Of a stretch of 64,000 nucleotides of DNA, positions 30,714-41,400 are shown piece after piece; positions within the stretch are counted from its first letter, which is position 1, and each line of letters opens with the position of its first letter. The translations under genes were made by a program, and so were the position numbers. The stretch is taken from the IMG/VR virus record IMGVR_UViG_3300032236_001850, positions 310,001 through 374,000 of that record; one strand, written 5' to 3'. Under the pieces are notes generated by a model. That model was not told where the DNA came from. It saw only the letters and a list, made by a program, of their open reading frames with translations, and searched no databases.

Positions 30714-31487
30714 TTAATCTAAATTGTTATCCTCTTTGTATTTTTCGTAGTTATCTGTTAACTCAACTAGAATAGGATTTCTTACTATATCCTCCCTTGT
30801 AAAAGTGAATGAATCACATTGACCTACTCCGTTTGCTATTTTTTCTGAAAATGTAAGTAGGTCTTTTTTTCTTGCTTTTAAATCCCATTGTGTGATGTCC
30901 CCACAAATAACTATTCTAGAATTCTGACCCATTCTGGTTACAACAAGCATTATTTGTCTAAGGTCTGCATTTTGTGCCTCATCCAAGATTAATATGGTGT
31001 CATCGAAAGTTCTACTTCTCATAAAAGCTAGTGGCTGCATATCAATTGTTTTTGTATCAGTCATTAGTTTTATTTTTTCCTTTGCTTTTAGTATTTTTTC
31101 CATGTTAGAGATATAACCTTCCATGTAAGGTGCTATCTTTTCATCAACTGATCCTGGAAGAAATCCAAGATTTTCCCCTGATTCAACTGCTGGTCTAGCA
31201 AGGATGATTTTAGAATGTTCTCCCTTTCTTATAAGATCTAGAGCTGCATAACACGCCACGAATGTTTTCGCTGTTCCTGCCGGTCCAGTGCAGACTGTTA
31301 AGAAATTACTTTCGATTGTTCTAAAAAATTTTAATTGTGAATCTGTGAATTTGATGTGATTGAAATCTTCCTTCTGTAGAATTGGCCCTTTTGGTAAACT
31401 ATCAACTTTAGAAGTTTTTGTTGATTTTGTTTGTTTTTTCTCCGTCTTAATTGGAGCTGGCTCATTTTTTACTTTTTTTCTTGGCAT
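30714..31487 (-). CDS. phoH: PhoH-like ATPase
   Basis: GPAGTAKT Walker A variant, RPAVESGENLGFLPG, LAFMRSRTF, ILDEAQN, GDITQWD, DIVRNP. Confidence 0.95.
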   Translation of the reverse strand: MPRKKVKNEPAPIKTEKKQTKSTKTSKVDSLPKGPILQKEDFNHIKFTDSQLKFFRTIESNFLTVCTGPAGTAKTFVACYAALDLIRKGEHSKIILARPAVESGENLGFLPGSVDEKIAPYMEGYISNMEKILKAKEKIKLMTDTKTIDMQPLAFMRSRTFDDTILILDEAQNADLRQIMLVVTRMGQNSRIVICGDITQWDLKARKKDLLTFSEKIANGVGQCDSFTFTREDIVRNPILVELTDNYEKYKEDNNLD

Positions 31488-31560
31488 TTGTTTTTGTTTT
31501 ATTTAGTTAATAAGAACTTTTTCAGATAACACAAAGGTTTGTAGTGTTGATTTGAACATA

Positions 31561-31568
31561 GATATATA
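31561..31568 (+). promoter_or_regulatory. GATATATA motif, putative late promoter
   Basis: In the divergent intergenic gap, 29 nt before ATG 31598. Confidence 0.55.
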
Positions 31569-31597
31569 TTTCACACAAAAAACAATTAAAAAGAAAA

Positions 31598-32503
31598 ATG
31601 GCAACAGTAAACATTAATGAAATCTTAGGAACCGATTCCATTTCAGGTTCCAGAGTAACCATAAATTCTAACTTTCTAATACTCCAAAATTGGATAAATG
31701 GTTATGTTAGTGTTTTTGGTATAGACACAACAAATGGAATATTAGATTTATCTAATGCTTCTACCGGAAAAGTACAAGCAAAAATTGGTAGATTTGATTC
31801 TTTATCTCTTCCTTCAAGCGGAACTGCTACTGCATCAATTAGTTCTGCCGGAGCAGCTTTATTTTCTGATGTGCAAACCACAACATTTACAGCATCGGGA
31901 GCTCTAGTTGCAAATGGAACAATAACCTTAGGAACAGGTTCAAGCTTTGTTGCTGGAGGAACCGCTTCATTCAATGGCCAATTGGGAGCTAATGCTGCTC
32001 TTGTGCTTGGACCCCAAGGTAGAATAACAAGTCAAAACACAACTTTTGTTAATGGTGCAACAGTGGGTCAAGCATTTCCAGCTACCAATTTAGGTGGCGG
32101 TGGAGTAGCTACTTCGGTTAACTCACCTTATGCTATTACTGGATTGGAGGATGTTATTTATGCTAATTGCGCATCTCCAGGATTCTATATGAAAGTTTGT
32201 GATGGTGTTGCACCTGTTGGTGGTACTGTTGCAGCTATAGCAGCTGGTACAAGAATAACCATCATTAACACTTCCTCTACTGCTGGATATATTGTAACTG
32301 GTGTTACTGGTTCACCTAGCTATTATACTGGGTTTAATACTGCTGCTCTATATGGTGGATTTAATTCACCAGGTATTACAGCTGGTGCCGGAAAGGCATA
32401 TAGATCTGCTATAACTTTACAGTGGGAACCTAGAGTTGGTAAAGGACAAGCAACACAAAATGGTTCTTGGGTAGTTCTAAGCCATAGTAACGTAACACTA
32501 TAA
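31598..32503 (+). CDS. putative short tail fibre/virion protein
   Basis: N-terminal INEILGTDSISGSRVTINSNF resembles the N-termini of the 44007-51133 fibre paralogues; G/A/T-rich. Confidence 0.55.
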   Translation: MATVNINEILGTDSISGSRVTINSNFLILQNWINGYVSVFGIDTTNGILDLSNASTGKVQAKIGRFDSLSLPSSGTATASISSAGAALFSDVQTTTFTASGALVANGTITLGTGSSFVAGGTASFNGQLGANAALVLGPQGRITSQNTTFVNGATVGQAFPATNLGGGGVATSVNSPYAITGLEDVIYANCASPGFYMKVCDGVAPVGGTVAAIAAGTRITIINTSSTAGYIVTGVTGSPSYYTGFNTAALYGGFNSPGITAGAGKAYRSAITLQWEPRVGKGQATQNGSWVVLSHSNVTL

Positions 32504-32520
32504 AATAAAAAACAAATAAA

Positions 32521-34737
32521 ATGGCAAAAACCCCATTTATTAGACCTTTGCAGGTACAGGGAGGAACTTTTTACACATTCTCCTCTTCCGCAGAAGATCT
32601 TTCGTTTACTTTTAATAATACTTCAAACAAATTTAGATTTTCTAAATTTGCTTTGTTGAATATACCAAATTTCGACGATGGTACAGGAACTAAATCCTTT
32701 AGTAATTATGTAAAATTAGATGCTCCAGATAGTTCATTCATAGATTATTCAACATCAGCAGGTAAAATTATAACAGGAAATGGTAATATAGATTTTTCAC
32801 AAAGTTTTCAAAGCTATTGTTTAAATTTGGAATCTACCATAACAGGAACTGATGAGTATGATTCTGGATTGAAACAAAATATTTCAGAGAGAGTATTTTT
32901 CAAATGGCTGAAAGAATTAGGTGCTATTAGATGGAGAAATGCAAATTCTAATGAGGTTGCACCATCACTTAATCAAACAACGGTAACTTACGATTCTGCA
33001 GGATTACCTGTAACCCAAAAAAGGTACGCGGAAGGGGACGCTCCCGCGGGAACAACTGGATCTTATGGCATGACAGGTTCATTCTATAATAGAGTTGTAC
33101 AATATGTTGGTAATTTGGATATAGTAAACTCCGTAAAGAATTCAACAAACACCTATTCGGAAGTTTATGTTTATGTTCCTACAAGGGACGGTAATTCGCC
33201 AACTGTTCTATTTAAAAATGTGGTTGATACCAATTATTATCCTGATTATCAGTGGACAAATAATCCTGCAAATCCTCTTAATGACGAGTATCTTCATGGT
33301 AGAAATTATGATGAAACAAATCCAAGTGGACTTACCAATCTTGCTATATTTGATGATGATGCTCTAGGAGTACCCACATCATCATACATTGATACGTATA
33401 CGGGAGCAACAGGTATTGCTGGAAATTGGTATTCTCCTAGGGATACTGCAAACACATATTTTACAGATTCCCAATCTGCATTTACTGATCCTTCCAATTA
33501 TATAATAACCAAAAATAATAACGGTAGAAGCATCACTTATGTTAGAAGTAAACTTGATTCCATAGGTATAGATTTTGACCCAAATTCATACCAGGGTATA
33601 GTAAGCAATCCAAACATATCAACATTAGAGGAATTTAATGCAACTGCAGATTCAACAGATTTTGAGTTCAATGCGATTCTTATTTATTATGATGTTTACG
33701 ATCCAGCTACACCATCAAGTGTTGCTACAAATCTTTATGGCGTTCTATTCATAGATGATGTTAATTTGGTTAGCAGTGATGTATTTATACCTAGACTTGC
33801 AAAACACAGACCGAATCCGGTAACTAAACTTAATGGTAATTCTTACGGATTTAAAATAAATCTTAAATTTGATACTGATATAGACCAAACAGGGGTTGAG
33901 CAAGCAATAAATGACTATTCGCCATTCTCCTTATCCATGTTTATGGATGCTATGAATGTGTTACAGGACGCTAGCTCAACTTTAAATAACAGTGCAACTG
34001 AATTTATAGATCTTAGCAATAGAGTGACTAATTTGGAAAATATTACATTATCAACTTCCACCGTCACAAATATAGACAAAAGAATTGCAATGTTGGAAGA
34101 AGCATTTGCAGCAAATCAGGCATTGTTTAATAACACACAAGCGGTTATGGGACTTATAAATCAGAATTATGATCTAGTAAGAGCAATTATAAACAACCAA
34201 ACTAGTGTTGAGGTTTCTTATAATCTTGATCTGTTAAAACAAGGTCCTGGTGTTACTTTGGATAGATCCACGCCTAATCAAGTTACTGTCTCAAACTCTA
34301 GCCAGGATTTTAATATGTTAAATACCTTGGGAGTTGGTACATTTACACAAAATGGTGATAATATTATAGATCTTGTTCCATTTTCTAATTATTATAAACA
34401 TGTGAACAATTCCACACCACTGACTTTAAGCGGTGATCTAACAATAAAAATCAACGACGGAACGGTGAACTGGAAAAATGGACAGAGATTTAGATTATCA
34501 TTTGGCGATAAAATATATCCTGGAAATTATATAATAAAGATCCTTACCAATTCACTTGGTAAATATCCAATAGCCAATCCTACAACTTCTCCGTATTCAA
34601 AGATAATAATATCTCTTAATGATGATATCTTTTCTGCTCATGATTATGAACCTGTTTTTGATATAGTTTGTATAGATGAGAATAATCTCAAATTCCAGGT
34701 AGACGTGATAGGAAAAAGCTTAACAAATAATCAATAA
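32521..34737 (+). CDS. putative virion structural protein
   Basis: 738 aa in the structural operon; coiled-coil segment LSNRVTNLE...IDKRIAMLE. Confidence 0.55.
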   Translation: MAKTPFIRPLQVQGGTFYTFSSSAEDLSFTFNNTSNKFRFSKFALLNIPNFDDGTGTKSFSNYVKLDAPDSSFIDYSTSAGKIITGNGNIDFSQSFQSYCLNLESTITGTDEYDSGLKQNISERVFFKWLKELGAIRWRNANSNEVAPSLNQTTVTYDSAGLPVTQKRYAEGDAPAGTTGSYGMTGSFYNRVVQYVGNLDIVNSVKNSTNTYSEVYVYVPTRDGNSPTVLFKNVVDTNYYPDYQWTNNPANPLNDEYLHGRNYDETNPSGLTNLAIFDDDALGVPTSSYIDTYTGATGIAGNWYSPRDTANTYFTDSQSAFTDPSNYIITKNNNGRSITYVRSKLDSIGIDFDPNSYQGIVSNPNISTLEEFNATADSTDFEFNAILIYYDVYDPATPSSVATNLYGVLFIDDVNLVSSDVFIPRLAKHRPNPVTKLNGNSYGFKINLKFDTDIDQTGVEQAINDYSPFSLSMFMDAMNVLQDASSTLNNSATEFIDLSNRVTNLENITLSTSTVTNIDKRIAMLEEAFAANQALFNNTQAVMGLINQNYDLVRAIINNQTSVEVSYNLDLLKQGPGVTLDRSTPNQVTVSNSSQDFNMLNTLGVGTFTQNGDNIIDLVPFSNYYKHVNNSTPLTLSGDLTIKINDGTVNWKNGQRFRLSFGDKIYPGNYIIKILTNSLGKYPIANPTTSPYSKIIISLNDDIFSAHDYEPVFDIVCIDENNLKFQVDVIGKSLTNNQ

Positions 34738-34750
34738 AAAATAACCAAAA

Positions 34751-37700
34751 ATGGCTGGAACACAAAATACAATAAGTTCTTTAGTAGCTCAGTTTTTAAG
34801 ACTTCAGAAAAATTCCCTTGAAATAATCAACGGATTAAATCAAGTTGCGGTATCTACGAACAATACCGTTTCTATTGAGGTTCTTGATGAACAAGGTTTA
34901 CCTAAAACCGCAAATATACCTTCGTATGGATTTCTTAGAGGCGAGATAGACAGGCTTGATAACAATATAAAATCACTTGCTGGTATCGGTGATTCGTCAT
35001 CAACTGTTAGAAATCCAGACGGAACATATTCCCAGGTTTTCAAGGTTGAAACCCTAAAAAATCCACCTAGCTTGAGTAATCTTGCTGTTCCTAGTACATT
35101 TGCTGTTAAGGATAACTGGTTTTTCGAAAGCTTTTTAACTCCCTTACTTTATATAAGCATAAATGTAACTGGGCAAATATCGGATGCTGCTGATAGAATA
35201 GTCGTTAAAAGGGTTATTGCGAACACGCAGACGGATGATCAAAAGGCATACTTTGATGCAAATATAAAGGGAAGAAACGACTTAAGTTATGATCAATATT
35301 TAAAATTGTTAAATGATAACGGTATTGGATATTTTGTTGATGAGGACATAGTTCAACTTCCTTTAAGAACTATAAGATATATCGGAAACTTCGGTGTTAT
35401 AAGCTATTATGATGATACTGTTACGTCAGTTGATGCTAATGGAAATTCGTTCCAGGAGACAAGAAGAAATTATAAGTTAGATAAAATAGCCTACACTGAT
35501 ACATTAACTAACGTTAAAGATGGGAAAAGTCTTGATGCTGGTGATAAAGTTGCAACTCAGGACGGAAGTTTATATCAAGTAACAGCAGTTAATAAGGATC
35601 AAGCTTCTATACAAGCAAAGAGAGTTTCTGGGTATCAACCTATACAGATTGGTGCAAATAGTATATCAATTTCATCCACCGATTTTGGTCCTAGATATGT
35701 TCAGGTAAACGTTGGATATAATGAAAGACAAGGTATATTTTTCAAAACGATAGATGATAACTTTAACATAGTAAGCGCCGATTGGTCAACTGGGGTGGTT
35801 TTCTGGAGTAATGAACTAAAGACAAAAAATTCCAGCGGTGAACTCGTAACTCTTGAAACGTATTATCTCAATGAGGTTTCGGATCTTGGTAAGGCTTTCC
35901 TTGGTGCTGCTAAGGAGAATAAAATTCCTGCCATTCAGGGTCTCAGACCTGATGCTCCAAAGGTTACCGTTGATAGTTTTAAGGTTGTTCAGATAAACAA
36001 GCAGGTTACTGATTCAACTTCAGTTAAAGTTGTTGAAGATAAGTTAAATCTAAAGACAACTCTAAAAAGTGAAATTGATGCGCTTGACCAAGCAATAGCT
36101 GAAACAAGACTTGAACTGAATGCTGGATTATCCAGACACGTCACACATACTCAGTCACCAAGGTCTTTCATTAGTGATTACACACAATTCGGAAATGGTT
36201 ATGATAACGGAATAAACGTTCCGAATAGAAACTATGATAACATCATAACAAATAGTAATATAACTTCACCTCCTGGTACAGATGTTGCTTCCATAAGAGC
36301 AAATCTTAACAGCTTGATTGATGAAAGAACAAAGAAAGCACAATTGTATGCTTCTCTTGTTGATGAGGTGAATGTGTTAGTTAAGGATGTTCCGCAGATA
36401 GTCGAAGCACCTAAATATAGAGTTAGAGGTTTTTGGCCCTTTCCTGCACCTAAGATTGATCCTACGACTGGTGCACAAGAGGTTATCCAATTCAATGTTA
36501 AATATAGATATCTTAGTAACGGTGGAGCTTCACAGCCAGCTGAACAAATTGAATTTGTTGATAATGATGGCGCGAAGAAGAATGCCGCATTTTCAAACTG
36601 GACCGAATATAAAACCGACATTAGAAAAAAAGTATATGATGAAACAAAAGGGATTTATGTTTGGTCAGCTGAGGTAACTTCGGATGCTAATGTTCAGAAC
36701 GTCAATCAGTTGGATATAGCAATAACTAAGGGTGAAAGAGTAGAAATTCAAATATCTTCTATATCGGAAGCTGGATGGCCAGAAAATCCTTTAACATCTG
36801 ATTATTCTGATTCTGTTATTATACAATTCCCTGATAGTTTATCTGTGACTGGTGTTGCTGATACATTGAACACAAATACGCAGGATGCTGCTGTTGTTAA
36901 AATGCAAAGAACCCTTGATTCTCAGGGATTACCTTCGCATCTTTCTCAACAATTCACTGCTGGTAATAATACATATTACCATGACACAACAGGTATAGCT
37001 AGTGGATTCTTTACTAGCGCAGGTACTGTGATAAGCCTGTTTGATAAAATAACCGATTTACAAAATCAGATTACATTATTAACAGCTCAATTATCTAAAG
37101 CTAAAGGTGTTCTTGAAGTTTATATACTTGATTCAAATAACAATAAAATTAAGGTATCTAAAGGGTCAACAGTTAAAATTACTGCTGGTTTTTATTCTGA
37201 TATATTTTCGGATCCTCTTGGATTTGATGCAGGTAAAACAGCCTCATTTACTTACAATCTTCAGCTTTTTAATCAACAAGCTTCCAGCGTTGAACTTGCA
37301 TCGATTATACCTGGAGGTTTAGCACAAAAGGCACCTTCAACTATAAGTGCTTCGTTCCCGGTAGGATATAATGATAATCTTAGATATGGTGATTGTCCTA
37401 TTTCATTAACAGCATTAACTCTAACCGATCCATCCATAATTGATAATAAATGGTTTAGACAAGCACCTCCATTTGCTTCCGCTAATGCATATTCACAATA
37501 CGTTTATCCTAGATTTAAAACAGTTGGATATGATCAGCCGTTATATCAGAGTGATGCTAGCTTATCGACATATTTCATTAATCCACCGGAGACATCCTCA
37601 TACAGTGGTAATGCATTGAGTGCAACAAATTTCGGTATAACAAAAAATGGAACATCTGCAACATATCCTCAGAGTGGTTCATTTATGATACCTTATAATC

Positions 37701-38434
37701 CAACTGTATCTCCTCCGCCAGAATCTGGTCCAACTAATAGTGCTATCTGGAATGGTACTTATTCCGGGGTAACTGGTGGTACTGCTAACGGTGGTGGTTA
37801 TATAACAGAATTTTGTATACATAAGGATCACCCTTATTTAATAACTGTTGGCCAGACTAATGGATATAGTACATATGAATATATGGTTAAACCTTTCGTT
37901 TCTGGTGGTAAGGTTTATCCTCCATTTAGACACACCCAAACTTTCTGGGGTGATACAACTCTTAACTATTATTGGATTCAACAAGCCCATAGGGATCCTG
38001 TAAATTTTGCACAAACCTCAACTGACGTTAGAACTGATTCCATGTATGCTGATAAACTCGGGTTTACTGTTAATGATCAATTTTTAATAGGCAAGTATTC
38101 TTGCGGTGCATATTTATATCTTGCTCCACAATCTGGATCATCCATACAGGTTTCTGGTACCACTGCTCTATCTACACTTTCACTTGGAACAGGAGAAACT
38201 AATGCAATAAATGTTCCTATAATATTTCAATTTAGAGCAGTAGATAAACTTGGATATATCGGAGGATGGAGAAAATCAGGAAATCTTTCAAATATAACTT
38301 ATACAAAGAAAATTGGTATTGATATACAAATACAAAATGAGGATTCATTTTCTTTCGATGTACAAGTTACTGGATCATATAAAAATGACACATTAGTTGC
38401 TCCTAATTTTGACAGTGGTCTTACAACTAATTAA
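34751..38434 (+). CDS. large putative virion structural protein
   Basis: 1227 aa with coiled-coil segments and beta-rich regions; structural operon context. Confidence 0.55.
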   Translation: MAGTQNTISSLVAQFLRLQKNSLEIINGLNQVAVSTNNTVSIEVLDEQGLPKTANIPSYGFLRGEIDRLDNNIKSLAGIGDSSSTVRNPDGTYSQVFKVETLKNPPSLSNLAVPSTFAVKDNWFFESFLTPLLYISINVTGQISDAADRIVVKRVIANTQTDDQKAYFDANIKGRNDLSYDQYLKLLNDNGIGYFVDEDIVQLPLRTIRYIGNFGVISYYDDTVTSVDANGNSFQETRRNYKLDKIAYTDTLTNVKDGKSLDAGDKVATQDGSLYQVTAVNKDQASIQAKRVSGYQPIQIGANSISISSTDFGPRYVQVNVGYNERQGIFFKTIDDNFNIVSADWSTGVVFWSNELKTKNSSGELVTLETYYLNEVSDLGKAFLGAAKENKIPAIQGLRPDAPKVTVDSFKVVQINKQVTDSTSVKVVEDKLNLKTTLKSEIDALDQAIAETRLELNAGLSRHVTHTQSPRSFISDYTQFGNGYDNGINVPNRNYDNIITNSNITSPPGTDVASIRANLNSLIDERTKKAQLYASLVDEVNVLVKDVPQIVEAPKYRVRGFWPFPAPKIDPTTGAQEVIQFNVKYRYLSNGGASQPAEQIEFVDNDGAKKNAAFSNWTEYKTDIRKKVYDETKGIYVWSAEVTSDANVQNVNQLDIAITKGERVEIQISSISEAGWPENPLTSDYSDSVIIQFPDSLSVTGVADTLNTNTQDAAVVKMQRTLDSQGLPSHLSQQFTAGNNTYYHDTTGIASGFFTSAGTVISLFDKITDLQNQITLLTAQLSKAKGVLEVYILDSNNNKIKVSKGSTVKITAGFYSDIFSDPLGFDAGKTASFTYNLQLFNQQASSVELASIIPGGLAQKAPSTISASFPVGYNDNLRYGDCPISLTALTLTDPSIIDNKWFRQAPPFASANAYSQYVYPRFKTVGYDQPLYQSDASLSTYFINPPETSSYSGNALSATNFGITKNGTSATYPQSGSFMIPYNPTVSPPPESGPTNSAIWNGTYSGVTGGTANGGGYITEFCIHKDHPYLITVGQTNGYSTYEYMVKPFVSGGKVYPPFRHTQTFWGDTTLNYYWIQQAHRDPVNFAQTSTDVRTDSMYADKLGFTVNDQFLIGKYSCGAYLYLAPQSGSSIQVSGTTALSTLSLGTGETNAINVPIIFQFRAVDKLGYIGGWRKSGNLSNITYTKKIGIDIQIQNEDSFSFDVQVTGSYKNDTLVAPNFDSGLTTN

Positions 38435-38454
38435 TAACAAATAATAAATGACAT

Positions 38455-41400
38455 ATGTCTGGATCAAAACTTTTTGATTATAATTCTTCATTTGCCGTTA
38501 TAAGAACAAACCCTAAGATTACTGGTAATCTTAGGGTAACTATTGATTCTTCGGGTAAGGTTTCTTTCAATTCAATGAACGCAAACCAAACTCTTAGTAA
38601 TGATAGATTTAAGAATTTCAACATAACTGGGGAGAATACATTTGCTCTTGATGTTTTTAATTTTTTCGATAAGGGTAAACTAGCAAATAATATAATATTT
38701 GATACAGCAAGATTTACTAGAGGTGACAGAGAAGTTTCCAAAATATTCTCAGATCAATATGATTTTTTTTATGCTAGTGGAGCATCCGCTTTAGCAGATA
38801 AAAATTACACTGAAACTTTTAGTTATTTTGCTCCTATTTGGTTAAAAAATGAAATACCCGATTACTTTGTGATCTTCAAAGTTCCTGGTCCGCTGAGTTA
38901 CATATATTCCAAAAATGAAACTGATATAAAGTCAGGTTTAAAATACAAGATCATAAAACACTATAACAGTGATTCTGATTTTGTTATATCATATGGGAAA
39001 ACACCATCAGGTGAACCCATATACATAAACAGTGGATCCATATTTACTGGATCCAGTGAATATCCTACTTATGAAATTGTTAGTGGCTCTGGTATAGTTT
39101 GTATATTTGATGAATTATATAATATTGATCTCGTTGATGATGTCACAACAACATTCAAGGAAAAAATATTACCAAATTGTTTAGCTATAAAAACATTTGA
39201 TCTTACTAAAACTTCTAAGATTGGTAAATATATCAGAAGTATAGTTTCTGATAAAAATTTTACAGATTCACCAATTGATGTAAATTGGGGACCAAATTCA
39301 TACACATATTATAATGGTGTTTCTGTATCACAGGGTTTATACACAAGAAAGGGTGAAATATTATCCGGATATTTTTCTAGTGATTCGTCAGATACTATGA
39401 TAGATTTTGAATCCTATGTCACTAATGGTTTTTCTAGAAATGGTGTAATCCCACCCAATATATTAAATCTTGAATTTCTTTTTGATGATGATGAGGCTGA
39501 TAACTATTCCATAAATAGATATTTTGGTATGTATGTTTCCAGAAACGATCTTAATGTATTGAGATCTAATGGAGAATTTTATTATAAATTCAAGGACCTT
39601 GATGGTAATGAGAATTTACCCAAACCAACAAGAGATGCTTTTGGATATTATTATAATACTGAAAGTTATGGGATAACTGCAGATTCTGGTGTTAGATTAT
39701 TTTATGAAAAAGACATTAGTGATGGAAGTAGTCCTGGCGTATTACCTGGATCCGATAATGTTAACATATTGGATTCCAATAAACTTTATTATATAACGGA
39801 TAAGAATGGTAATTTTTACAGTCTCAAAAGGGATGAAGACTATGTTAATTTTGGTGGTAATTCTCCTAAATATGCATACGGGCCTTATGACGAATTAACT
39901 GGTACATTTGGTACTACTGGTTCTAATTTTATTTCAACTATGGGAAGTTTTGTTATACAAAATAAAAAAACTGATCTTCTTAATTTCACTGGAATAACTG
40001 AAAAAATATCAACCATTCCAGCAACACATGCAACGACGCCAGGTAGAGCTTATGCTGAAATTAAATTTCTTAAAAGTTATGATAAAATAAAACCTGTAAC
40101 GTTTAGACTGTATTGGCCGAATGGTAAGAATAAGGAGGGTAATAAAAGATTTGATGTAGTTTCTTCTGCGGATCTTTCTGCTGTTCTTGTATGGATTGAT
40201 GGATCTTATTACTCAACCGGATCCTCCTTTTATTTCAATGCAGCAACAGGCAAGACTAGTGATGTTGCTAGCGCTTTTTCCGGTGTTATTAATGATGTTG
40301 ATAGTGTAACTTGGGATGCTGGTGTAAACCTCGATTCCTCCGTAATCAGGCTTAGAGATTACGGAGAGTATGGAAATAATTCATATTCAATAGCGGTTTT
40401 TGATGATTACGATGATTTTTTATTAAGATTTAAAGGTGATTGGTCAAATAGTAAAACTTACTATCAAAATGAAATTGTTTTGTATAATAATATTTTTTAT
40501 TATGCCTCAACTACAATTTATCCATCGTATCAGGGTCCTGGTACATATACATCCTTTTGGATAACATATAATGGATTCAATAACGATGGATATATTGAAA
40601 TCAACGGAACAGATGCCTCCATATATAATGGTCCAGTTAACTTTGTAGGTGGAACTAGAAAATCTGATAGCAGATTAATATTTCCGAGTACCTACTTGGA
40701 TTTTATAAAACCTGGTGATTTTATAAATACCAAGGCTGGTTATACAAAGGTTAATTCAATAACAAGATATATTGACACACCTCAGAGAGATCCGATAAGT
40801 GATAAAATAATTGGATTTGAAAATTTTACCTATAATTATGTTTTAAATATAGATGATAACATTGAAATTGATCTGGGTTACGATAAATCTTTTAATGTTT
40901 ATAAATCTGCTAAAATTAATTTAGGTGTATTTACATTTTTTGACGTTAAGGAATTCGATTTTGATTTCTGGAGTTCCGATTATGGGTACACACCAACTCC
41001 TGAAACATATAAATATTTTCAGATACCAACGGGTGTTACCGGAATAATTAAACCAAATGTACCATATTTGGTTAAGCAGGGACAGGTTGAATATGCTGGA
41101 ATCGTTTATCCACAGAGTGGAAGTGGATCAGTTCAAACATCCAATCTTTTTTATGGCGCCACTGGATACACATCAATAAAAAATGCAAGACCTGATTTAT
41201 TTAAGGAACTTATAGTTATTCCTGCTGAATATTCTGATATCTACTATGATTCATCAACTGATATAATTTATGGAGCAACAGGAAGTCCAATAGGATATAA
41301 TAAAGATCTTGATACATTTAATGGATTTATAGGAATACAGGATATTTCGCCAAGTTCTGTTGGTATAGATCCATCCAAAATACAAATATTTAATAGAGGT

